Shown: positions 18,610 through 27,405, counted from the stretch's first letter. The stretch is DNA of 29,942 nt from Candidatus Bathyarchaeia archaeon (GCA_037481775.1 JBBFKZ010000018.1:1-29942); one strand, 5' to 3'. The notes: a model not told the origin generated them from the sequence alone. Translations and numbers: made by a program.

Positions 18610-19101
18610 TTGGATAATAAAAAACCGGGAAGCCCGTCGGCTTTTTCTGATGCAGAATTGGTTGCATATTGCGGTATTAACTGCAAGGATTGCAAAGCAC
18701 GCTCAGAACGGCGACTGCAACTGGCGAAGTTGTTCAAAGAATCGCTGCAAGAGTTACCTCTGGACTTGTTTAAACATGTTCTACCGCCCTTCAAGAACAT
18801 CGATCAAGTCATGGAGTTTCTAGAATTTCTCCCTCAACTAGGCCTCACGCAAACTTGCTGCACATCACCAAGTGAACCCTGCGGCGATCCTAACTGCGAA
18901 ATTCGAACCTGCATAAAAAATAACGGCTACAGAACCTGCGCCGAATGCACAGTGTATATAACTTGCTCGAAACTTGATTTTCTCAAACCGCATCACCCAA
19001 CGCTGCTGACGGATCTTGACTACATCAAAAAGAATGGATTCGATCAGTATATAACAGAAATAATCGCAAAACACAAGTTAAAGCCCATAATTATCAAATA
19101 A
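18610..19101 (+). CDS. Cys-rich DUF3795-like putative metal/Fe-S binding protein
   Basis: AYCGINCKDC and CEIRTC...TCAEC...C motifs. TTG start. Confidence 0.75.
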   Translation: MDNKKPGSPSAFSDAELVAYCGINCKDCKARSERRLQLAKLFKESLQELPLDLFKHVLPPFKNIDQVMEFLEFLPQLGLTQTCCTSPSEPCGDPNCEIRTCIKNNGYRTCAECTVYITCSKLDFLKPHHPTLLTDLDYIKKNGFDQYITEIIAKHKLKPIIIK

Positions 19102-19280
19102 ACTTTAGCATTACTGCCTTCTGCCTAGAGAAGAAAAAGAAAGTGATTATAATTACTATAGAAGATAGTAAATTGTTGCTTCCCTGTTGCGATAAACAAG
19201 AGTTTTCAGATGGCTTTATATGATTTTAATATACTACTGATTCCAAAAATAACCTCGATAAAAATAGCAGAGAATCAAGA

Positions 19281-20927
19281 ATGAGCAAAAAAGGCGTCAA
19301 AGCGCTTTCGACATGGTTAAAAAGTAGAGTTGACAAGTGGCGATTAGCCTTTTTGATCTTTGCATTAACCTACGCCATCTTGCTAACACTGAACTTGCCA
19401 GTGATGGCGATTCAATGGGATGAAATCACACACTTGAACGGCGGTTTACGCCTTTTGCGTGGGCTTTATCAGGAGTATTTTGCCTATAACGCGTTTTATC
19501 CGCCGATGTACGATGCGATAACAGCGGTTTTCTTCGGCGTTTTCGGCGTGAGCGTGTTTGCAGGAAGATTCGTTTCCGTGGTCTTCGCGTTCCTGTCGCT
19601 CTGGATAATATACGAGTTAGCTAACAAGATGTTTGGCTCGAAAATCGCGGTTTTGTCCAGCGTTCTGCTTGCGGTGATGCCTGGGTTTGTTTGGCTTTCG
19701 CGGATAGCCATGATAGAAACTATGCTTGTGTTCTTCTTTACAGCAGCCATGTTTTTCTTCTTTAACTGGTTGCGTACGCACCGAAACAGAGACTTGGTGT
19801 TAAACGGCGTTGCGCTTGGCATAGGCTTCCTCGTCAAATACCAGATACTCGTCGCGGGCATAGTAATGGTGGCAAGCGTGCTGCTTTTGAGCCGCAATTA
19901 TCTGAAGGAAAAGTTTTCTAAGATGCCGCTTTTGATTGTGGCTGTCGCCTTAGTGGTGATACCATGGGTCTTCATCTCCTACCAAGTCTACGCTTCGGGA
20001 ATGCTGGACCAGTGGATATACGCTTTGAGCATGGGCAACCCGGAGAAGTCGCTGTACAGCGAACGCTTTTCGCCGCTTATATTCTATTTTATAGAGATAA
20101 CTTGGCCATACAACGATGTACATCCAGTTTCATTCTTTCTCTACATCATAGGCCTGCTTGGTTTGGGGCTTTTCGCGTGGCGGCGGAAAACTGAAGACAA
20201 GTTTCTCCTCACGTGGTTCGCTGTGGTCTTCGTGTTCTTTACGCTAATACCGAATAAGCAGTGGCGATATGTGATCCCGCTATTTCCGGTTTTGGCTATT
20301 TCCGCCGCCAACCTTATCACGTTTGCTTACGGCAAACTCGCGAGGGCTTGGCGTTCCGAGCGTATAAGCTTAAACAGGAAGCTGGCTGCAAAAATCACCG
20401 CAGGCTTGTTCACGGTATTCCTTGCAGTTGCTTTCTTCTTCAGCATAAGCGACGCGTACTATTGGGTTGCGAAGGACCAGATTGAGGTCCCCATCGAGGC
20501 GGCGACGCGCTACGCGGCTAGTTGCCTAGGCGAGAATGAGTCGATAATGCTTGTTTGCCCCTTCAACTTATTCAGCCATGACATGGTGAAGTTCTACTTG
20601 TACGCGACCGGTACAAGGCGTAATGAGGTTTGGCAGTATCCAGAGCTGCCAGTGGATACTTACACGCCGAATTTTGACATAAACGAGTTCATCGCCCTAT
20701 GCGAGGAGCGTAACGTAAAGTATGTGTTCACATACGAATTCGGCGGCAACGTGTCCTACTTCAACACGTCGCTGTGCTTGATGGACATTTATCAAATGTT
20801 TTATGAGTCAGGCAGGTTTGCGCCTCTCTTCGGCAATGATACGGTGGAGGATATGATTAAAGACGGGCGGCTTCCTGCGTTCGGCACTAATCCGCGTAGA
20901 ATTCTTATCCTGACGTTCCTGCGTTAG
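19281..20927 (+). CDS. GT-C fold glycosyltransferase (ArnT/PMT_2, GT39/GT83-like)
   Basis: WDE in the first loop, YPPMY, GRFVS, LVKY, RYVIP; about 11-13 TM helices followed by an extracellular C-terminal domain. Confidence 0.85.
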   Translation: MSKKGVKALSTWLKSRVDKWRLAFLIFALTYAILLTLNLPVMAIQWDEITHLNGGLRLLRGLYQEYFAYNAFYPPMYDAITAVFFGVFGVSVFAGRFVSVVFAFLSLWIIYELANKMFGSKIAVLSSVLLAVMPGFVWLSRIAMIETMLVFFFTAAMFFFFNWLRTHRNRDLVLNGVALGIGFLVKYQILVAGIVMVASVLLLSRNYLKEKFSKMPLLIVAVALVVIPWVFISYQVYASGMLDQWIYALSMGNPEKSLYSERFSPLIFYFIEITWPYNDVHPVSFFLYIIGLLGLGLFAWRRKTEDKFLLTWFAVVFVFFTLIPNKQWRYVIPLFPVLAISAANLITFAYGKLARAWRSERISLNRKLAAKITAGLFTVFLAVAFFFSISDAYYWVAKDQIEVPIEAATRYAASCLGENESIMLVCPFNLFSHDMVKFYLYATGTRRNEVWQYPELPVDTYTPNFDINEFIALCEERNVKYVFTYEFGGNVSYFNTSLCLMDIYQMFYESGRFAPLFGNDTVEDMIKDGRLPAFGTNPRRILILTFLR

Positions 20928-21373
20928 CCTTGAACCTCAAGGAACTCGAAGCCTGTTTTCTTATCCGCGGCTCTTTTCGCCTTTGCCCCTGCAAGCTCTA
21001 TGATGACTACTTCGCCGATTTGCCAAACATCTACGCCCATGCGGACGCAGCCGGTTACCGTTTGCTCGTTTCTGCCGAAGCTGGCGTGCATGTGCAGCTT
21101 AGGCTTGCTTGCTTCATCCATAAAGATTGTGCCGACGCCGCAGGCTTCATGTACGCCGCGGAGGAGCGTAACCATGGGCTCCGGCGGAAGCACTTCGCCG
21201 TCTTTCGGGCCGACGACTACGCGGCTTTTCTCTTTTGCTCCGCCTAGGAAGAAGCAGAGCGCCGCGGAAATGTTCTGTTCAGCAGCAAAGGCTTCGATGA
21301 CTTCGTGGAGGCAGTCGCCATCGTGTAGTCTCAGCACAAAAATTCTTCCAAGTTTGGCTTCGGTGAAATGCAT
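20924..21373 (-). CDS. PPC domain protein (DUF296, AF0104-like)
   Basis: GRIFVLRL..G, E...VGTI, LHMHASFG zinc-binding HxH. Confidence 0.88.
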   Translation of the reverse strand: MHFTEAKLGRIFVLRLHDGDCLHEVIEAFAAEQNISAALCFFLGGAKEKSRVVVGPKDGEVLPPEPMVTLLRGVHEACGVGTIFMDEASKPKLHMHASFGRNEQTVTGCVRMGVDVWQIGEVVIIELAGAKAKRAADKKTGFEFLEVQG

Positions 21374-21472
21374 TATGCTTTTAACCTCGCATCTTGAAGC
21401 TAAATTGGAGAGAGCAAGCTAATATAAAAACAGTTTTGGACTTGAAGTTGACGCTGAAAGAACTCGCTTTCG

Positions 21473-21622
21473 CTATATTCTTTTGAGGTATAGTGGCTCT
21501 GTGGCTTCCTTTTTACGTTTTTTACGAGAATCATTTGCTTTGCCGCTGTCTGCCGCGGTGACAGCGCAGACTACATCTTTCTCAGCAATTACCGAAGCCT
21601 TTTCTTTTCGAACGCGGCTCAT
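21473..21622 (-). CDS. Possible small basic protein (49 aa)
   Basis: Hand translation MSRVRKEKASVIAEKDVVCAVTAADSGKANDSRKKRKKEATEPLYLKRI. A TTTATTAA box lies ~45 nt upstream on the minus strand. Confidence 0.35.
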   Translation of the reverse strand: MSRVRKEKASVIAEKDVVCAVTAADSGKANDSRKKRKKEATEPLYLKRI

Positions 21623-21838
21623 TTCTATTTCATCTCTCTTTAAAAGATAAGAGAGCGATTAAACTTAATAAATGTTGTGAAAAACTCTGAAACTGAACTG
21701 AAAATAGCAAAAAAACTTGAAAATTAATCTAAAATACTGATAGAGACTTCATATTGGCTGTGTCTCCTTATCTGCGGCTTAATAGCCCCCCTTTTCCCAG
21801 CACATAAGCATGTGCACGTATATTGCTGTCTGCATTAA

Positions 21839-22945
21839 CTATTTTTCAAAGAAGCTTGTCAGCCGCTGTTGCGCGGATTCTTCTCGGCTGAAGCACGCTA
21901 TTTTGACGCCTACGCGGCGGATTTCAAGCTGCGATGCGCTGAGAAGCTTCTCGAAAAGTTCCTGCACCGTTCGCCTTAGCACAGCAATGTCGTTTGTGGC
22001 TGTTTCCAGCGTGCGTGAGCGACTCTTAGCGCTTAAGTCAGTCATAACAGCGATTACGCTGATCTGCTTGAAGCTGAAGCGTCTCTGCGCTGCATCTTTG
22101 TGAATCTCCGCGATTAGCTGGCTGGCTTTTTCCATTATCCGCGTTAGGTCACGTGTGTCCTCTTTTAGAGTAGCGATTCGACTGATTGATTCCGCTTCGC
22201 CTATTTCCTGCACTGGCGCATTATCTATGCCGTTTGCGGCGTTGTGAAAGTATATGCCAAGCTTTTTACCAAAGATCTCCACGAGCCTTTGCACATCATA
22301 GACTGCGAGGTCGCCGATGGTTTTTATGCCCAACTCAGACATTTTCGCCGCTGTTTTGCGTCCTACGCCTATGAGTTGGTCAACCGGCAGCGGCGACAGG
22401 AAACGCGTCACGTCTTCAGGCGGGACTATTGTTAAGCCATCAGGCTTTTGCCTGTCAGCCGCGATTTTGGCGACAAGCTTGTTCGGGCCTACGCCCACGG
22501 AGAAGGTGATGCCCACGCGAGTTTTGATGTCGCTTTTCATTTTTTGCACTAAAGCTTTGACTGCGGCGAAATCAGCGTTCACCTTTTGCGTGACATCCAA
22601 GTAAGCCTCGTCTATGCCCACCTGCTCAAAAGCGTCCGCGTAGCTTCTAAGCGTCTGCATTATTTTGTTTGAGATTTGCTCATAAAACTCTGCGTCAACA
22701 GGCAGAAAGACGGCGTCGGTGCCCTCCAGCCGCTTCTTCGCCAGATAAAGCGGAAGCCCAGATTTCACGCCATATTTTCTGGCGATGTAGTTGGCGGTGC
22801 TTACGGCGCCGCTGTCTTCAGTGCGTCCTGAGTAGACGCCTACGACGACCGGCTTGTCCTTGAGCGCCGGGTTCCGCAGTTCTTCGCATTGAGCAAAAAA
22901 GTAGTCCAGATCCACCAGCATTATAACGCGAGTTGACTGCGGCAT
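21839..22945 (-). CDS. dinB: Y-family DNA polymerase IV (DinB/Dbh)
   Basis: VDLDYFFAQCE, STANYIARKYGVKSG, GIDEAYLD, KLVAKIA..KPDG, IGVG, RRVGV; terminal QQRLTSFF PIP-box-like motif. Confidence 0.96.
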   Translation of the reverse strand: MPQSTRVIMLVDLDYFFAQCEELRNPALKDKPVVVGVYSGRTEDSGAVSTANYIARKYGVKSGLPLYLAKKRLEGTDAVFLPVDAEFYEQISNKIMQTLRSYADAFEQVGIDEAYLDVTQKVNADFAAVKALVQKMKSDIKTRVGITFSVGVGPNKLVAKIAADRQKPDGLTIVPPEDVTRFLSPLPVDQLIGVGRKTAAKMSELGIKTIGDLAVYDVQRLVEIFGKKLGIYFHNAANGIDNAPVQEIGEAESISRIATLKEDTRDLTRIMEKASQLIAEIHKDAAQRRFSFKQISVIAVMTDLSAKSRSRTLETATNDIAVLRRTVQELFEKLLSASQLEIRRVGVKIACFSREESAQQRLTSFFEK

Positions 22946-22951
22946 GGCATT

Positions 22952-23815
22952 TCATCTCCGGTACGCGTGAAGTAGCCATGAGCCGTCGCATGCTGCCGTG
23001 TTCAGCTGCGTTAGGCCTTCTCTGCAGACGCCGAAGCGCATCCCGTTTGCGGCGGCTAAGCGGCGGATGTTGCTTAAGAGCTTAAGCCTCAAAGCATGGG
23101 GCAGAAGCGTGTAGCCGCCTGCTTTTTCGCCTTGCTCAAAATATAGTGGTTTTAGTTTCTCTGCGACGCGGGGCATAGCTGTGGAGAATCGCCGCCAATT
23201 GTCAGGTTTAATCTTGTAAGTGGAAGCGGTCAAGTGCTTGACGCCGATGCTTGCAAGCGCAGCAATAAGCCGTTCAGGGTTGTCGTTTACGAATGGAATT
23301 ATTGGATCAACGCGCACTGACACCGGAAAACCCTTGCTTATGAGTGTTTCAACGGTCTTGAGGCGCTCGGCGGGCGAAGGAACATGCGGCTCAAGCAGCC
23401 TCGCCGTGTCCTCGTCATCGGTAGTTATGGTCAAGGCGACGGCAGAAGGCACTTTGCCCAATAAGTCGACGTCGCGCGTGACAAGCGTAGATTTCGTGAT
23501 TATCTGGATTCGGCAATGGCTCTGGGCAAGAATCGCCAAGCACATCCGCGTCAAAAGTGCTTCAGCCTCAATGCGCGGGTAGGGGTCGGAGCTGTTGGCG
23601 ATTGACACGATTTCGCCCTTTAGCTTAGCGGCTTCCCGCTGCAACCGCTGGAGCAAATCGCGTTTTGGTCTGCACTCGGAGAAGCGGGGAATATAGCTGG
23701 AGGCGTAACAGTAAACACAAGCGTGGTCGCATCCTGTGTAAGGGTTAAAAGTCAGTTTAGGCGGGCAAGTGCAAAGGTTACTACGCCAAGGGTCAAACCG
23801 CGAAATTAACGCCAC
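22952..23815 (-). CDS. Radical SAM protein, spore-photoproduct-lyase-like (COG1533)
   Basis: NPYTGCDHACVYCYA, SDPYP, ITKS, LEP..PSPAERL, VRVDPIIP. Extra Cys at LCTCP and VCRE...ACDG. Confidence 0.85.
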   Translation of the reverse strand: MALISRFDPWRSNLCTCPPKLTFNPYTGCDHACVYCYASSYIPRFSECRPKRDLLQRLQREAAKLKGEIVSIANSSDPYPRIEAEALLTRMCLAILAQSHCRIQIITKSTLVTRDVDLLGKVPSAVALTITTDDEDTARLLEPHVPSPAERLKTVETLISKGFPVSVRVDPIIPFVNDNPERLIAALASIGVKHLTASTYKIKPDNWRRFSTAMPRVAEKLKPLYFEQGEKAGGYTLLPHALRLKLLSNIRRLAAANGMRFGVCREGLTQLNTAACDGSWLLHAYRR

Positions 23816-23987
23816 ATCTGCTCACTACACGCACTATAAAGAGCAGAAGGCAGACAAAAACCATTCGCCACCGATAATAAGCAATGTATAAGGAACTGGC
23901 AGCAACAATCGCGGAAGCCAGCAATATTTCTCACGGGCTAGTTACTCCTTAAAATAAGGAAACGACGACCAAAAATTATGCATCAGT

Positions 23988-24641
23988 TCACCAGAAGCAG
24001 GGAATGTACTCTCTAACCCGCAGCGGCACGCCCAACTCGTCGGCGACTACGCGGACTTTTTCCAAGTCAACTTCAGGCATCCTCACAGCCGAAACCTCCA
24101 CATCCAACCCAGCCATCTTCGCCTTCTTGATGAAGTCCAGCACAGCAGCGAAACCGCCAGCACACGTGGGTCGGCAGTTCTCCGCGTAACTCGCCTCATC
24201 ATGCCCATTCAGGCTGACGCTGACTTTGCTGACGCCAGCAGCACGCAACTCGCTCGCAACATCTATGCCCTTGTTCAACACGTAACCGTGACCGTTCGTG
24301 TTAACCCGAATAGGAATTGAACTGCCACGGCGCTGCCTTATCCAACGCGTAACCTCCAACAAAACATCTAACCGCGCAGTGGGCTCGCCGAAGCCACAGA
24401 AAACCACTTCGTCCCAATGGCGAAGCGCCAAAACGTCTTCCAAAGCAGCCTTCACTTCGGCGGCTGCAGGCTCTTTTTCCAGTTTAAGATTGAAGCCGCC
24501 TACGCCTTGCCTGAAGTTGCGGATGCAGAACCAACATTTGTTTGAGCATTTGTTGGTGATATTTAAGTATAGGCTGTTGTCTAGCCAATAAACAACACTC
24601 GGCTTTTCCTTGCGAACCACGCTTTTCCACCTATAAGGCAT
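23988..24641 (-). CDS. TatD-associated radical SAM protein (TIGR04038-like)
   Basis: LYLNITNKCSNKCWFCIR, EVVFCGFGEPT, RVNTNGHG, SVSLN, CRP, LRVREY. Confidence 0.88.
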   Translation of the reverse strand: MPYRWKSVVRKEKPSVVYWLDNSLYLNITNKCSNKCWFCIRNFRQGVGGFNLKLEKEPAAAEVKAALEDVLALRHWDEVVFCGFGEPTARLDVLLEVTRWIRQRRGSSIPIRVNTNGHGYVLNKGIDVASELRAAGVSKVSVSLNGHDEASYAENCRPTCAGGFAAVLDFIKKAKMAGLDVEVSAVRMPEVDLEKVRVVADELGVPLRVREYIPCFW

Positions 24642-24853
24642 TATACTGCTAAGTGTGCATTTGACTATATAGTTTAAAGTTTCTCTATGAAAAATGTTTT
24701 AAACCACAGATACGAGCACTTGCCATGTGAGGGGGAACAGTGGTAAAGTGAAAAAGGTACCGCTGTTTGAGCATGAATTTGTTCATTACAGAAAGCACAC
24801 AACAGAATGGCTGATAACGAAACAAAGCCGCTAGAATTGGTTCAGCCTCCACT

Positions 24854-25738
24854 TCACGCAAGAAAGGCAACGCCTAGCAACAATTCATTTCTAATCCTAG
24901 TGGCGCGTCTTATTTTGCGCTGCTTTAGTTGTCTATAAACTATCGGAGAAAGCAAAAGCACAATTAAAAGGGGCAACATAAGAAGCCAAAAAGTCGCATT
25001 CTTAACTGTAGATTCGGCAAGCTTAAACGTGATTGCCAAATCACCGGGTAACGGCTTGGAATATTCTGAATAAACTTTCAAGGTCACTATTTCCACGCCA
25101 TTCTGTTGCTTTTTTGTGTAGTTTACCAAGTTCCATACGCTATCGGACGCCGTGGTGTACGCTTGCATGTCGGAAACGTTCACATCGAAGCGTATAGTAA
25201 AGTAAGCAGTTGAGTTAGGCCTCAAAGGCGAGAGGTATTCGCGTATGTTGAGATCATATAGGAACACGTAGGAGCCATTTATCAGCTGGACAGGATGCTC
25301 ATAGTGAATACTGAGCACGAAATGTTCTGAAACAGGCTTTAACACGCAGCGAATCATAGCCCAGTCGCCAATGGCAGTATGATGAGTATCGTAGGGATAA
25401 TAGTGCCAGCTGAGGTCTGTTCCGTTCAGTTTCACTTGAATGTTTGTTGTGCCAGGCGGAATAGGATAATACATTGGCAACTCTTGCAAAGCACATTGCG
25501 CGCCAATTTCGGAAACTGCAAGCACATATATCGGGTACAAGCCATCAATTTTCGCCCACAAAGTCCCGTTGACGCATGTAATAGTGTAATTGACGTATTC
25601 TTCGGGCATGGCAAAAACTAGACTTAACGGGTCAGGGTTCGCCTTTGCCAAACTAACAAACGCCGAACCAATCAATGTCAATGATAAAAGCGTTGAGAGT
25701 AAAACTGCGGCACATAATATTTGCGCTCTATAAGCCAT
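24854..25738 (-). CDS. Secreted, C-terminally membrane-anchored hypothetical protein
   Basis: Hydrophobic N-terminus ending AKA-NP (signal peptidase-like site), beta-rich middle with several NxS/T sequons, C-terminal TM helix followed by a basic tail. Confidence 0.75.
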   Translation of the reverse strand: MAYRAQILCAAVLLSTLLSLTLIGSAFVSLAKANPDPLSLVFAMPEEYVNYTITCVNGTLWAKIDGLYPIYVLAVSEIGAQCALQELPMYYPIPPGTTNIQVKLNGTDLSWHYYPYDTHHTAIGDWAMIRCVLKPVSEHFVLSIHYEHPVQLINGSYVFLYDLNIREYLSPLRPNSTAYFTIRFDVNVSDMQAYTTASDSVWNLVNYTKKQQNGVEIVTLKVYSEYSKPLPGDLAITFKLAESTVKNATFWLLMLPLLIVLLLSPIVYRQLKQRKIRRATRIRNELLLGVAFLA

Positions 25739-25810
25739 CGGCGTTTCGCTTCCTAAACCATTAATAAAAGGTTATTTCTTTGATTAAAGGATTCTCACGT
25801 AACAATTAAC

Positions 25811-25850
25811 AAAAAAGACGCCCCTAGCCACTAACTCTTGGCTAGCGCCT
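25811..25850 (-). terminator. Hairpin plus U-tract terminator downstream of alkD
   Basis: Minus strand AGGCG-CTAGCCA-agagttag-TGGCTAG-GGGCGTCTTTTTT: stem-loop immediately followed by a T-run. Confidence 0.55.
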
Positions 25851-25967
25851 TCATATTTGGCGCATATTAGCGATTCATTGCAGAAACCTATAGAGGGGCT
25901 ATCGCAGGAGGCATTGAAGCGTGCCAAAGCAACTAATTGTTTTCAAATTTCTATGCGAAAGCATAAA

Positions 25968-26684
25968 TCAATCTCGTTTCATTGCTTCTGCCTTAAGCTC
26001 TTTTGGCATAAGTTCAATAGCGTAGCGTAATGCTGTTCGCGGCATCCACGCCTTGTTTTTCAGCACATAGTTTAAGACTTCTTTTTGATGCCGTCTGCTT
26101 GCTTCTTTTAGAAGCCAACCATAACCTTTCTGAACCATGTCATCCTCGTCTTTCAGGAGCATATCGGTTATTTCGAAAACCTCGCTGAGAAACTCGCCTT
26201 TCCTAGCGGGAAGTATAAGCGACACTGCAGCAGCCCTTCTAAGCCAACGGTTACTTGACTTAGCCCACTTTTTCAATTCGCTAACAGCCTCAGGATGTTT
26301 CTGTATTAAGCCGCCAACAGTGTGATTGCAAAAGCTGTCACATTTAGCCCAGTTATTAACGTACTTTTCAATCCAGCCCTCAAAAACTGCCAAATCACTT
26401 GGCGCAAGCACCTCAACCAGAGACGGCAGCCAATAACAAACTACCGCTGCCTCTTCGGTATAATCAGAGCGCAACAGATCTTCACAAAGCGAGAAAATCT
26501 TTCCCTTATCGAAGGTTCTAACTTCTCTCCAATACTTCTTCGCTATCTTGCGAACCACATCTGCTTTCACACCGTAACAGGTAATTTCTTCTTTGAAGAA
26601 ACGCTGAAAACTACGTTGAGTTTGCTCATCCGCAAGTGACCTCAGTTCTTTCCTAATTTCCTCAACAAGCTGGTGCATAATCAC
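25968..26684 (-). CDS. DNA alkylation repair protein (AlkD-like HEAT-repeat glycosylase)
   Basis: RFFKE..YGV, NNWAKCD, W..SSNRWLRRAA, DMVQKGYGWLLKE, MPRTALRYAIE. Confidence 0.92.
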   Translation of the reverse strand: MIMHQLVEEIRKELRSLADEQTQRSFQRFFKEEITCYGVKADVVRKIAKKYWREVRTFDKGKIFSLCEDLLRSDYTEEAAVVCYWLPSLVEVLAPSDLAVFEGWIEKYVNNWAKCDSFCNHTVGGLIQKHPEAVSELKKWAKSSNRWLRRAAAVSLILPARKGEFLSEVFEITDMLLKDEDDMVQKGYGWLLKEASRRHQKEVLNYVLKNKAWMPRTALRYAIELMPKELKAEAMKRD

Positions 26685-26761
26685 CGTATACGCGCATGCA
26701 GAAAAATAACACTTTCCTCTAGAAAAAGAGAAACAAACAACAAAAAATGGGAAAGAGGAAC

Positions 26762-27049
26762 CTACGGCGTCTCCATCTGGTAAAGATCGAGATCCAACTC
26801 GAGCTTTAACGGCTTTTCCCGCACACCATTCTCTAAATCATATATGCTTGCCAGAACTTTCTCCAGCCCGCTCTGCGTAATCTTCTGAACCACGGCAACC
26901 GCTGATCTAGCCGCATCCTCAGAGCTAGCACCGCAGACAGCCAACGCACTTTGATCCAACAACTCCGTCGAGCCACCCTTCAGTTTATATGCTTCTTCTA
27001 GACCAATCGGACATTTCACTGCGATCTCTTCAGGCAAATGCTTAGTCAA
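26762..27049 (-). CDS. Truncated FtsZ-like protein (C-terminal subdomain fragment plus tail only; no GTPase domain)
   Basis: TTG at 27049 overlaps the cdrS stop. Segment LEEAYKLKGGSTELLDQSALAVCGASSEDAARSAVAVVQKIT aligns by eye without gaps to the FtsZ H10-S9-S10 pattern (LEEA-x10-LD-xx-A-xxx-WGA-x9-VxV-xxx-IT). No GGGTG(T/S)G motif. Confidence 0.6.
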   Translation of the reverse strand: MTKHLPEEIAVKCPIGLEEAYKLKGGSTELLDQSALAVCGASSEDAARSAVAVVQKITQSGLEKVLASIYDLENGVREKPLKLELDLDLYQMETP

Positions 27050-27197
27050 CGCCTTTCCTCCGCCAAACCTCAGCACTAATCAAATCACGGATAGCAACAC
27101 GTATGGCCTCAGCTCTATTGGGGTAGAATCTTTCATCCACCAGCTGATCCAAAGCTTTTATATAAGTTTCAGGAAGATATAGCGTGATTAGCTTCAT
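27042..27197 (-). CDS. cdrS: Ribbon-helix-helix transcription factor, CdrS-like
   Basis: MKLITLYLPETYIKALDQLVDERFYPNRAEAIRVAIRDLI; the (Y/F)PNRxEAIR signature of the archaeal cell-division regulator CdrS. GGGAGAGG RBS before the ATG at 27197. Confidence 0.8.
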   Translation of the reverse strand: MKLITLYLPETYIKALDQLVDERFYPNRAEAIRVAIRDLISAEVWRRKGVD

Positions 27198-27405
27198 TGT
27201 TTTCCTCTCCCGTTGGTGGAGTATCAAAGCGTGTTTTTGCGTTATACTTCTATATATTATGTATTAAATATGTTTTAATCATGTTCGTTCCCTACTTTAT
27301 AAGCATTTAACAATGTATGTTGCAGTTTCATGTAAATTCCGCTCCAAAGAAACCCCTATGTTTTTATTTATTATTAAAGCATCTAATGTAATGCGATGTG
27401 AAGCT

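Noticed and set aside
24685-24870. 61-aa minus-strand ORF in the spacer
   Set aside because: No motif, overlaps the end of the upstream gene; likely spurious.
27313-27405. N-terminal extensions in the ORF track for MtaB (also HypE 28799, FtsY 15217, CdrS 27227)
   Set aside because: They lie in AT-rich promoter DNA or overlap neighbours; family homology starts at downstream ATGs.
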